Shown: one piece after another, positions 1 through 8,623 of the stretch
How positions within the stretch are numbered: the stretch's first letter is position 1
Layout: each line of letters begins with the position of its first letter
Assembly: GCA_947453625.1 (NCBI GenBank)
Contig: CANGHK010000022.1
Span: 4,121 to 68,120 of the forward strand
Length of the DNA: 64,000 bases
Source: Burkholderiales bacterium
Lineage (GTDB): Bacteria > Pseudomonadota > Gammaproteobacteria > Burkholderiales > Burkholderiaceae_C
Direction: 5' to 3'
Program-made: the position numbers and the translations under genes
Notes under the pieces: generated by a model
Databases searched by the model: none
What the model was told of the DNA's origin: nothing
What the model saw: only the letters and a program-made list of their open reading frames with translations

Positions 1-5
1 ACGCA

Positions 6-2783
6 GTGTGCGAGCGCATCCGCGCCGCCGGCACGGTGCGGCTGGTGCTGGTGCGCGCACCGGCCGGCTTTGGCAAGACCACCGCGATGGTGCAGGTGCG
101 CGAACAGTTCGCCACCCAGGGCGTGGCCACCGCCTGGCTGACGCTGGAGCGCACCGACAACGACATGCCGCGCTTTCTGCGCTGCCTGGCGCAGGCGGTG
201 GCGCAGATCGTCGCCGACCCCCCAGCCAGCGAGTCGCCGCTGGCGGTGGTCGAGTCGCTTGTGGGCCACAACGCGCCGTTCGCGCTCTTTCTCGACGACT
301 TCGAGCTGATCACCGAGCCGGCCGTTCAGGGTCTGGTGCGCGAGATCATCGACCACCTGCCGCGCCGCGGTCAGTTGGTGCTGGGCTCGCGCAGCCTGCC
401 CGACCTGGGGCTGGGCCGGCTGCGCGCGGCCGGCCAGTTGCTGGAGATAGACACCGAGGACCTGCGCTTCTCGCTGGCCGAGACCCAGCGCTTCTTCGCG
501 CAGCGCCCAGGCGCTGGCAAGACCGAGCCGGCCGCGCTGCAGGCCGCTGGGGTGCAGGCCGGGTTCCTGCCCGACCTGCTGGCCGAATTGCAGGCCCATC
601 TGCCCGACCTGCACCGCAAGACCGAGGGCTGGATCGCCGCGCTCTGGCTGGCCTCGATGGCGCTGGACGCGGTGGCCGCGCGGCAAGCCTCGGTGGCCGG
701 CTTCGTGGCCCAGTTCTCGGGCAGCGACCGGGCGGTGGCCGACTTCCTGGCCGAGGACGTGCTGGGCCGCCAGACGCCCGAGATCCGCGACTTCCTGCTG
801 CGCACCAGCCTGCTGCGCCACCTCAACGCGCCACTGTGCCAGGCACTGAACCCGCGCAGCGACAGCCACCGCATCCTGGCCCAGCTCGACGCCGCCAACC
901 TGTTCATCACGCCGATCGGCCCGGACAGCGGCAGCCAGGGCGGACCCGGGTCAGCGCCGGCAAGGCCACCGGCCGAGCGGGAATGGCGTTACCACAGCCT
1001 GTTCGCCGATTTCCTGCGCACCCAGCTCGAACGCGAGCGGCCCGACGAGCTGGCCAGGCTGCACCTGGCGGCCTCGGGCTGGTACGAGTCCGAGGGCCGG
1101 CCGGTGCCGGCGATCGACCACGCGATCGAGGGCGGCGACATGCCGCATGCCATCCACCTGCTGGCCGGCCATGCCGCCGACTTCCTGGCGCAGGGCCGGA
1201 TGCGGCTGCTGGCGCGCTGGTTCGCCGCGCTGCCCACGGCCCTGCTGCACGACCGGCCCATGCTGCAGATGGTCTCGCTGTGGGCCAGCACGCTGACGCG
1301 CGGCCCCTGGGAGTCGATGGAGCAGCTGCGGCAATCGGGCTGCGAGCACAGCAGTGACCCGGCGGTGCGGGCCCATGTGAACGCGCTGCAGCCCATGCTG
1401 CTGGCGATGATGGACCGCATCGAAGAGGCCGCGGCCACAGGCCGGGCGCATCTGGCGCGGGTGCCCACCGGCCAGGCCTTCGCCGACAGCGTGCTGTGCA
1501 ACGCGATGGCCCATGTGCTGGGCGTGCTGGGCGAGCGCGACGAGGCCCAGCGCCTGCTGGACGCAGCCCGGCGCGGCCAGCAAGGCGCCGGCTTCAACCG
1601 CATGTACAGCGAGTCGGTGGAGGGCCTGATCGACCTGCAGCAAGGCCGGCTGCGCCAGGCCAGCGCGCGTTTCAGGCTGGCGATCGGTAGCGCTGGCGGA
1701 GTGGCGGGCGGGGTGGCGCCGGGTGCGCTGGCCGCCTCCAGCCACGGCAACGCCTGGGCCGGCGTTCTGCACGCCGGTGCGGTCTACGAGTTGCACCAGC
1801 TCGACCAGGCCGAGCACCTGCTCAATGTCTACCTGCCGCTGGCGCGCGAGGTCGGCCTGCCCGACCACATGATCCTGAGCCACACGATGCGCTCGCGCAT
1901 CGCCTTCCAGCGCGGCGACATCGATGCCGCGATGGCCGCCATCACCGACCTGGAGTACCTGGGCCACCACCGGCAGCTGCCGCGCGTGGTGGCCAGCGCC
2001 AGGCTGGAGCGCGCCCGCGTGCTGGCGCTGCAAGGCCAGGCAGAGGCGGCAAAGCAGGCGCTGGAGCGTGCCGACGACCCGGCCGTCTGGCAACGCGTGG
2101 CCCAGCGCCAGCTGACGGCGCACGATGTCGACGACCTGGCGATAGGCCGGCTGCGCTGGCAGGTGCTGTTCGGCGACGCCGCCGCGGCCGCCAGCGAGGC
2201 CGGCGCCGGGGTCGAGCAGGCCAGACGCGCGCTGCGCCTGCGCCGGGCGCTGCGGCTGCAGGTGCTGCAGGCGCTGGCGCTGCAACGCGCCGGCCAGCCG
2301 GCCGCGGCGCTCGAGCGCATGACCGACGTGCTGCGCCAGGCCAGCGCCGAGGGCTTCGTGCGGCTGCTGCTCGACGAAGGGCCGGCCGTGGGCGGGCTGG
2401 TGCGGCGGGTGCATGCCGCGCTGCACGAGGCTGGCCGGGTCGACCCCATCCTCGACGACTACCTGCAACGTCTGCTGCAGATCGCCGGGCCCGGGTTGGA
2501 CGACGACAGCGACGAGGCCCGGACCGCGCCAGGCCAGTCCCCGACCGGCGCCGCAGCCGACGGGGCCGCGCCGCCCCCCGGCGCCACCGAGCCGCTGACG
2601 CGCAAGGAAATCCGCGTGCTGCAACTGCTGGCCGAGGGCTATAGCAACAGCGCGATGGCCGAGAAGCTGTTCGTCAGCGACAGCACCGTGCGTACCCACC
2701 TGCGCAACATCAACATGAAACTCAACGCGCGCAGCCGAACCCAGGCCGTGGCGATCGCGCGCCGACTGGGACTGATGCCGTGA
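6..2783 (+). CDS. MalT-like LuxR-family (LAL/STAND) transcriptional regulator, probably 5'-truncated by the window edge
   Basis: Walker A APAGFGKTT, LFLDDF, RYHSLFADFL, TPR-like middle region, C-terminal LuxR HTH (LTRKEIRVLQLLAEGYSNSAMAEKLFVSDSTVRTHLRNI). Confidence 0.92.
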   Translation: MCERIRAAGTVRLVLVRAPAGFGKTTAMVQVREQFATQGVATAWLTLERTDNDMPRFLRCLAQAVAQIVADPPASESPLAVVESLVGHNAPFALFLDDFELITEPAVQGLVREIIDHLPRRGQLVLGSRSLPDLGLGRLRAAGQLLEIDTEDLRFSLAETQRFFAQRPGAGKTEPAALQAAGVQAGFLPDLLAELQAHLPDLHRKTEGWIAALWLASMALDAVAARQASVAGFVAQFSGSDRAVADFLAEDVLGRQTPEIRDFLLRTSLLRHLNAPLCQALNPRSDSHRILAQLDAANLFITPIGPDSGSQGGPGSAPARPPAEREWRYHSLFADFLRTQLERERPDELARLHLAASGWYESEGRPVPAIDHAIEGGDMPHAIHLLAGHAADFLAQGRMRLLARWFAALPTALLHDRPMLQMVSLWASTLTRGPWESMEQLRQSGCEHSSDPAVRAHVNALQPMLLAMMDRIEEAAATGRAHLARVPTGQAFADSVLCNAMAHVLGVLGERDEAQRLLDAARRGQQGAGFNRMYSESVEGLIDLQQGRLRQASARFRLAIGSAGGVAGGVAPGALAASSHGNAWAGVLHAGAVYELHQLDQAEHLLNVYLPLAREVGLPDHMILSHTMRSRIAFQRGDIDAAMAAITDLEYLGHHRQLPRVVASARLERARVLALQGQAEAAKQALERADDPAVWQRVAQRQLTAHDVDDLAIGRLRWQVLFGDAAAAASEAGAGVEQARRALRLRRALRLQVLQALALQRAGQPAAALERMTDVLRQASAEGFVRLLLDEGPAVGGLVRRVHAALHEAGRVDPILDDYLQRLLQIAGPGLDDDSDEARTAPGQSPTGAAADGAAPPPGATEPLTRKEIRVLQLLAEGYSNSAMAEKLFVSDSTVRTHLRNINMKLNARSRTQAVAIARRLGLMP

Positions 2784-4057
2784 AGATGCCTGATTCCACC
2801 CCCACCTCGCCGCTGGTCTGGGCCCCGGCCCTGGGCCCGGCCGCGCCGCGCACGCTGTGCACCGATTGCGGCATCTCGCGCAGCGCCGAACCCAAGCGCT
2901 GCGCCACGGCCTGCCAGTTCATCGCCCCCGACTACCCGGCGCTGGAAACGCAAGTGCACGGCCGGGCACGCGACCCGGCGCGGCCCGACGAGCTGCACTT
3001 CGGCCCGTTCCGGCGCATGCTGCGGGCCTCGCTGGCGGCGCCGCGCGAGGGCGCGCAATGGACCGGCATCACCACCCGGATCGCCGAGCGCCTGCTCGAG
3101 ACCGGCGCGGTCGACGCGGTGTTGACGATGGCGCCCGACCCCGACGACCGCTGGCGCCCGGTGCCCGTGATGGTGACCCGACCCGAGGGCATGGCGGCCT
3201 GCCGCGGCATGCGCATGGGCTACGCGCCGCTGCTGGCGCTGCTGGAGCCGGCGCGCGCGGCCGGCTACAAGCGCCTGGCGGTCATCGGCATCCCCTGCCA
3301 GGTCTACGCGCTGCGCGCGCTCGAGGCGGAGCTCGGGCTGGAGCGGCTGTACGTGATAGGCACGCCCTGCTCGGACAACACCAGCACCGAGCGCTTCCAC
3401 ACCTTCCTCGACCTGGTGGCAGCGCAGATCGGCCAGGCGCCGGCCGACATCACCTACCTCGAGTTCCGCGCCGACTACCGGGTCGAGTTGCGGCTGGCCG
3501 ACGGGCGGGTCAAGCTGATGCCCTTTCTGCAGCTGCCGATCTCGCAGCTGCCGCCCGACTTCTTCCCGCTGACCTGCCGCAGCTGCGTCGACTACACCAA
3601 CGTGCTGGCCGACATCACCGTCGGCTACATGGGCGGCCAGGGCGAGCAGTGGCTGCTGGTGCGCAACGCGCGCGGCGAAGAGCTGCTGGGGCTGCTGGGC
3701 ACCGAGGTGAACACCGCCGCGCCCGGCAGCGCCGGCAAGCGCGCCGGCGCGGTGGCGGGATTCATGAAGAACGTCGAGCGCGCCGCCGGCGGCCTGCCGC
3801 TGCGCCGCATGCCCGACTGGCTGCGCCCCATCGTCGGCTGGCTGATGCCAAGGGTCGGCCCGCGCGGGCTGGAATTCGCCCGCACCCGGGTCGAGATGAA
3901 GGCCATAGAGACCGTGCTGCACCTGCGCCGCGAGGTGCCGCGGCGCATGCGCAGCATGGTGCCGGGCCATGTCTGGGCGCTGGTCAAGCCCTATGGTCTG
4001 ACGCCGGGCGACGGCGAGGCCGGGCCCAGGCCAGACGTCGGGCAAGGACCGCACTGA
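2780..4057 (+). CDS. bciB: Coenzyme F420 hydrogenase beta-subunit (FrhB) family Fe-S flavoprotein, likely ferredoxin-dependent 8-vinyl reductase BciB
   Basis: Motifs LCTDCG, CATACQF, GAQWTGITT, GIPCQV, GTPCSDN, CRSCVDYTNVLADITVGYMGG, GPRGLEFAR typical of BciB/Slr1923-like proteins. Start may be ATG at 2786. Confidence 0.78.
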   Translation: MKMPDSTPTSPLVWAPALGPAAPRTLCTDCGISRSAEPKRCATACQFIAPDYPALETQVHGRARDPARPDELHFGPFRRMLRASLAAPREGAQWTGITTRIAERLLETGAVDAVLTMAPDPDDRWRPVPVMVTRPEGMAACRGMRMGYAPLLALLEPARAAGYKRLAVIGIPCQVYALRALEAELGLERLYVIGTPCSDNTSTERFHTFLDLVAAQIGQAPADITYLEFRADYRVELRLADGRVKLMPFLQLPISQLPPDFFPLTCRSCVDYTNVLADITVGYMGGQGEQWLLVRNARGEELLGLLGTEVNTAAPGSAGKRAGAVAGFMKNVERAAGGLPLRRMPDWLRPIVGWLMPRVGPRGLEFARTRVEMKAIETVLHLRREVPRRMRSMVPGHVWALVKPYGLTPGDGEAGPRPDVGQGPH

Positions 4058-4105
4058 CCGGCAGCGCAAGTTCGGCGGCGCCACCAGACAGCGCCGCGCG
4101 TCGGC

Positions 4106-4765
4106 CTACTTCCAGGCGAACACCGGCTGCTCGAAATGCGCCACCCGGGTGTCGCGCCCCAGCACGCAGACCTCGCGGAACTGGTAGAGCAGCGCGGCGG
4201 TGGGCGCGGCGATCCAGTTGTCGCCCACCGGCATCTTCAGCACCGGGTGCTCGCTGCCTTCCAGGGCCTCCAGCATCGGTGCGTCGGAACGCATGAACTC
4301 CTGCACCGGGATGCGGTGGATGCTGGCCACCTCGACCGGGTTGGGCTTGATGCCGCGCGCCGCGCCGGCCCACAGCACCACCGGCGTGATCGCAAAGCCC
4401 GAGCGGGTGATGAAGGTGTCTAGCCGGCCCAGGATGTCGGCCTCGCTAAGCTGCAGATCGACTTCCTCGGACAGCTCGCGCAGCGCCGTCTGCTCGGGCG
4501 TCTCACCCTCGTCGATGCGCCCGCCCGGCAGCGCCCACTGGCCGGCATGGCGGCGCATGTGGGCGGCGCGGCGGGTCAGGATCAACGCGGCCTCGGTGCT
4601 CCAGTGGCCGCTGCGCTGCAGGCCCCAGAGACCGGTGCCCGGACCGGCGTCGGTGATCACCAGCGCCACCGCGGCGCGCTTCAGTCCGGTCTCGTCGGGC
4701 GCGTGCAAGTCCCAGCCCGCCAGGCGAGCGGCCACTTGCTGGCGGAATTCATCATCACGTTGCAT
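4106..4765 (-). CDS. Nudix hydrolase, CoA pyrophosphatase (NudL-like)
   Basis: RRHAGQWALPGG plus Nudix box GETPEQTALRELSEEVD. Confidence 0.88.
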   Translation of the reverse strand: MQRDDEFRQQVAARLAGWDLHAPDETGLKRAAVALVITDAGPGTGLWGLQRSGHWSTEAALILTRRAAHMRRHAGQWALPGGRIDEGETPEQTALRELSEEVDLQLSEADILGRLDTFITRSGFAITPVVLWAGAARGIKPNPVEVASIHRIPVQEFMRSDAPMLEALEGSEHPVLKMPVGDNWIAAPTAALLYQFREVCVLGRDTRVAHFEQPVFAWK

Positions 4766-4798
4766 GGGGTGGCGGTGCTGGGTTGGGTGGGCGGCGGC

Positions 4799-5608
4799 TC
4801 AATCGTGGAACAGCGGCGTGCGCTTTTCCAGATTGGCCCGCACCGCCTCCAACTGGTTGGGCTGGCCCATCAGCGCCACCTGCTCGACCGACTCGGCCAT
4901 CAGGCAGGCTGCGGCGGTCTCGTCCAGCGTGCGGCTGGCCAGGTTCATCAGCCGCTTGTCGGCGCGCAGCGCGCAAGGGCTGCGCTGGGCCATCGCCTGG
5001 GCCATCGCCATCGCCTCGGCCAGCGGGTCGGCGCAGACGCGCGTGGCCAGACCCAGCTGCACCGCCTCATCGCCCAGCACCACGCGGCCGGTGTAGGTCA
5101 GTTCGCGCGCATGGTCGTCGCGCACCAGGCCACGCATCAGCGCGACGCCGGCCATGTCGGGCACCAAGCCCCACTTGATCTCCATCACGCTCATCTTCAG
5201 GTCGGCGGTGACCAGGCGGATGTCGGCGCCCAGCGCGAGTTGCAGGCCGCCGCCGAAGGCCACACCATGCACCGCGGCGATCACCGGCACCGGCAGTTCG
5301 CGCCAGCCCAGGCCCAGGTACTGCGCCGAGTTGGCGATGCCGTGGGTGCGCGGCCGCAGGTCGCGCATGCCACCGGGCTCACCGGCGCTCAACTTGGCCA
5401 TCCGGCCCATGTCGAGACCGGCGCAAAACGCCTTGCCCTCGCCGTGCAGCACCACCACCCGCAGGCCGGGCTCGGTCTGCAGCCGGGTGATGGCGGCGGC
5501 GATCGCGTCGAACATCTCGAAATCGAGCGCGTTCATCTTGTCGCTGCGCACCAGGCAGACATCGGCGACGCCTTGGGCGTCGATCGTGATGCGGACGCGG
5601 TTTTCCAT
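4799..5608 (-). CDS. Crotonase/enoyl-CoA hydratase family protein (dienoyl-CoA isomerase-like)
   Basis: FCAGLD, GGGLQLALGAD, MEIKWGLVPDMAG. Start ATG 5608 with upstream AGGAG. Confidence 0.88.
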   Translation of the reverse strand: MENRVRITIDAQGVADVCLVRSDKMNALDFEMFDAIAAAITRLQTEPGLRVVVLHGEGKAFCAGLDMGRMAKLSAGEPGGMRDLRPRTHGIANSAQYLGLGWRELPVPVIAAVHGVAFGGGLQLALGADIRLVTADLKMSVMEIKWGLVPDMAGVALMRGLVRDDHARELTYTGRVVLGDEAVQLGLATRVCADPLAEAMAMAQAMAQRSPCALRADKRLMNLASRTLDETAAACLMAESVEQVALMGQPNQLEAVRANLEKRTPLFHD

Positions 5609-5836
5609 GCCAGTCTCCTGCGGTGGGTCGGTTTGAAAATGATTCTGGCAGCGCGCACCGGCAGGGCCTGTCACCAAGGCGCTCTTGCCTGTCATCGCGT
5701 CGTCCACCGCCGAATTCAGCGTTTTGACCACCGACATGGCGTCAAAAGTCACTGAACGATGCGTACCCCATCAAGGCAAGCACCCCGCGCAACGCCGCAG
5801 GACCGCAACACAGGCAGGGCCTGGCGCACACCAAGC

Positions 5837-6052
5837 TCAATCCGCGGCATCGAGCCTGTCCAGCAAGGCCAGCGCACGGTCTGGACTGCCATGTGCTGCA
5901 CGGGTCTCGAACCGCACCCTGGCGTCGAAGTTGGCCAGGGCCACGGTGGCCAATTCATCGATCAGTTTGTTGACGCTGATCGCGTTGGCGCGCGCCAAGG
6001 CCTTCAGCCGCTCATGCTTGTCGTCGGGCAATCGGATAGTCAAGGTCGACAT
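5837..6052 (-). CDS. Ribbon-helix-helix antitoxin (HicB-like/CopG type)
   Basis: MSTLTIRLPDDKHERLKALARANAISVNKLIDE is an RHH pattern; overlaps the 3' end of the PIN gene. Confidence 0.8.
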   Translation of the reverse strand: MSTLTIRLPDDKHERLKALARANAISVNKLIDELATVALANFDARVRFETRAAHGSPDRALALLDRLDAAD

Positions 6053-6474
6053 GGAAAAACCTCCAGGCATTGCTCGGGCGCAAGGACCCTGAGCAGGGGA
6101 AATTTCAACTCGCCGCGCGTCACGTCGCGCAGATTTCGAGTGACGATCGCGTCGGCCTGCGCCGCCACCGCCAGTTCGATCAGGTGGTTATCGGCCTCGT
6201 CCGGCAAGTTCGGACGCCAGGCGTAGAACACCTCGACCCAGCGGCAACGGTTCAGAAAACCGTCGAATACCTCGCTGCGGTCGCTCGCGGACAGCACGCT
6301 GTCGCGAAACAGGTCGGCGCGGCCCAGCACGTCTTCGTACTCGGCAAGCAATGCCGGACCCAGGACAGGTTGGTAATGCGCGGTCAGGCAGGCGCGCAGC
6401 ACCCAACGCGCGGCCCCGCCGCCGCGAAGCAGCGCGGAAACCAGGATGTTGGTGTCGAGTACCAGCGTTGGCAT
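6040..6474 (-). CDS. PIN-domain toxin (PIN_3-like)
   Basis: LVLDTNILVSAL, EYEDV, DEADNHLIELAV, IVTRNLRD. Confidence 0.88.
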   Translation of the reverse strand: MPTLVLDTNILVSALLRGGGAARWVLRACLTAHYQPVLGPALLAEYEDVLGRADLFRDSVLSASDRSEVFDGFLNRCRWVEVFYAWRPNLPDEADNHLIELAVAAQADAIVTRNLRDVTRGELKFPLLRVLAPEQCLEVFPCRP

Positions 6475-6482
6475 CTGAAAAA

Positions 6483-6502
6483 TGATAGCGCATATGCTGT
6501 CA
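6483..6502. promoter_or_regulatory. Palindromic operator of the TA operon, overlapping a -10-like TATCAT
   Basis: TGATAGC-N6-GCTGTCA inverted repeat 8 bp upstream of the PIN ATG. Confidence 0.6.
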
Positions 6503-6603
6503 AATTTCGGCATACCGCTGGGCTTGGCTTGCGGCATGCCGAAGCGGAGACAAACGCGTGCACCACGGCAGTCCGGCCAGCATCCCGCCTGGCGCAGCCG
6601 ACC

Positions 6604-7590
6604 TCAATCCGCCTGGATATTGCTGCTGCGCACCACCCGGGTCCACTTGGTGATTTCGTCGTTCAAAAAGCGGCCGAAGGCCTCGGCGCTGGTCGGCGCG
6701 GCCTCGGCGCCGGCTTCGTGCAGCCTGGCCTTGACCTCGGGCAGCGCCAACGCGCGGCCGATGTCGGCCGACAGCCTGGCCGCCACCTCGCGCGGCGTGC
6801 CCGCCGGCGCCACGAAGCCGGCCCAGGAATAGGCCTCGTAGCCCGCCACACCGGCCTCGACGAAGGTGGGGACGCCCGGAAACAGCGCCGAGCGCTGGGC
6901 ATTGGCCACGCCGAGCGCCCGCACCTTGCCGGCGCGCACCTGGGGCAGCGCGGTGGGCGCGTCGGCAAACATCAGCTGCACCTGGCCACCCAGCAGGTCG
7001 CTCATCGCCGGTGCGCTGCCTTTGTAAGGCACATGCGCCAGTTGCGTGCCGGCCTGCAGGTTGAACAGTTCACCCGCAAGGTGGGTGCCGCCGCCGTTGC
7101 CCGAACTGCCGTAGTTCAGCTTGCCTGGCGATCTCTTGTCGAGCGCGATCAGCTCGGCCACCGTCCTGGCATCGACCGAAGGATGGGCCACCAGCACGAT
7201 AGGAAAACGCGCGCCGAAGCTCAGCGGCACGAAGTCGCGTTCGATGTCGTAGGGCAGCTTGGGTTTGAGCGCCGGCAGCACGGCGTGGTGGATGCTGCAG
7301 ACGAACACCGTGCTGCCGTCGGCCGGCGACTTGGCGGCATGGTCGGCGCCCACCATGCCGCCAGCGCCGGCCCGGTTGTCCACCACCACGGCCTGGCCCC
7401 AGGTCTCGGACAGGCGCTGGGCCACCGTGCGCGCAACGGTGTCGACCGGCCCGCCGGGCGGGAAAGGCACGACCAGGCGCACCGGCCGGGTCGGGAAGGA
7501 CTGGGCCCAAGCCGGTGCGCAGGGCAGTGCAGCCAGGCCCAGCGCGTCAGCGGACGACAGCAGCAGCTGGCGGCGAAGCAGATCGGTCAT
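6604..7590 (-). CDS. Bug/TctC tripartite tricarboxylate transporter substrate-binding protein
   Basis: RPVRLVVPFPPGGPVD, VDNRAGAGG, YGSSGNG, HVPYKG. Confidence 0.93.
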   Translation of the reverse strand: MTDLLRRQLLLSSADALGLAALPCAPAWAQSFPTRPVRLVVPFPPGGPVDTVARTVAQRLSETWGQAVVVDNRAGAGGMVGADHAAKSPADGSTVFVCSIHHAVLPALKPKLPYDIERDFVPLSFGARFPIVLVAHPSVDARTVAELIALDKRSPGKLNYGSSGNGGGTHLAGELFNLQAGTQLAHVPYKGSAPAMSDLLGGQVQLMFADAPTALPQVRAGKVRALGVANAQRSALFPGVPTFVEAGVAGYEAYSWAGFVAPAGTPREVAARLSADIGRALALPEVKARLHEAGAEAAPTSAEAFGRFLNDEITKWTRVVRSSNIQAD

Positions 7591-7615
7591 GGGCGCTGGT
7601 TTCTCGCGATCGCGT

Positions 7616-8434
7616 TCAGTTCGTGGTCTGGCCGTAGACCGGCTTGCGCTTTTCCAGGAAGGCGTTGATGCCCTCCTGGAAATCGCCGCCGCGGGTGCAC
7701 AGCACCTGGTTGCGGTCTTCCATCGCGATCGCCGCGCGCAGGCCTTGGGCGTCGATGTTCTGGTTCAGGCAGTCCTTGGTCAGGCGCAGCGCCAGCGGCG
7801 TGGCGTTGAGCATCTCGCCGACCAGGGCCTGGGCTTCGGCTTGCAGCGCGGGCAGCGCGTCGACCCGGCTGACCAGGCCCAGCGCATAGGCGCGCTGGGC
7901 ATCGAGGAAACGCCCGGTCAGCAGCATCTCGGCGGCCACCGACGCACCCACCATGCGCGGCAGAAAGTAGCTCGACCCCATGTCGCAGCCCGACACGCCG
8001 ATCTTGATGAAGGCGGCGTTGAAGCGCGCCTCGGGCGTGGCCAGCCGGATATCGCTGGCCAGCGCGATGCCCAGACCGCCGCCGCTGGCCGAGCCCTGGA
8101 CGATGCTGACGATGGGCTGCGGGCATTCGCGCATCGCGATCATGATGTCGCGGATCGCCTTCTGGCCCTCGAAACTGGCCTGCACGTCTCGGGGCGCCGC
8201 GCCGATGCGGTCCTTCAGGTCCAGCCCGGCGCAATAAGCCCGGCCCGCGCCCTGCAGCACCACGACCCGGATCTCGGGCCGATTTTCCAGCGCCTGAAAG
8301 TAGTTGCGCAGCGCGTCGGTCAGGCCGACGTTCAGCGCGTTCAGCCGCTCGGGCCGGTTCATCGTCAGCCAGGCGACGCCGTCGCGCTCGTCGATCAGCA
8401 AGGGAGACGGGTCAGCCGCCTTGGTATCCATCAT
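7616..8434 (-). CDS. Enoyl-CoA hydratase/isomerase family protein
   Basis: NRPERLNAL, YCAGLD, GGGLGIALASD, FIKIGVSGCDMG. Confidence 0.9.
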   Translation of the reverse strand: MMDTKAADPSPLLIDERDGVAWLTMNRPERLNALNVGLTDALRNYFQALENRPEIRVVVLQGAGRAYCAGLDLKDRIGAAPRDVQASFEGQKAIRDIMIAMRECPQPIVSIVQGSASGGGLGIALASDIRLATPEARFNAAFIKIGVSGCDMGSSYFLPRMVGASVAAEMLLTGRFLDAQRAYALGLVSRVDALPALQAEAQALVGEMLNATPLALRLTKDCLNQNIDAQGLRAAIAMEDRNQVLCTRGGDFQEGINAFLEKRKPVYGQTTN

Positions 8435-8469
8435 GAAGGTACTCCAGTTCGAGTCGGGTTCAAGCAAAC

Positions 8470-8622
8470 GCCGTGGAACCGGCTCTGCCGGGCCACTGGC
8501 TTGCCTTGCAGGCCGCGCCGGGCTTTGCAGCCCGGCTCCTCGCCAGGCAGGCAAGGTCCGCTGGACCTTGCCTGTCCGGGCTCGTCCCCCCTGGGGGCGG
8601 CGCCGAAGGCGCTTCGGGGGGG
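8470..8622. repeat. REP-like multi-hairpin intergenic element
   Basis: Consecutive stems CCGGC-TCT-GCCGG, GCCGGGCT-TTGC-AGCCCGGC, CAGGCAAGGTCC-GCT-GGACCTTGCCTG, CCCCC-CT-GGGGG, GCGCC-GAA-GGCGC. Confidence 0.55.
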
Positions 8623-8623
8623 C

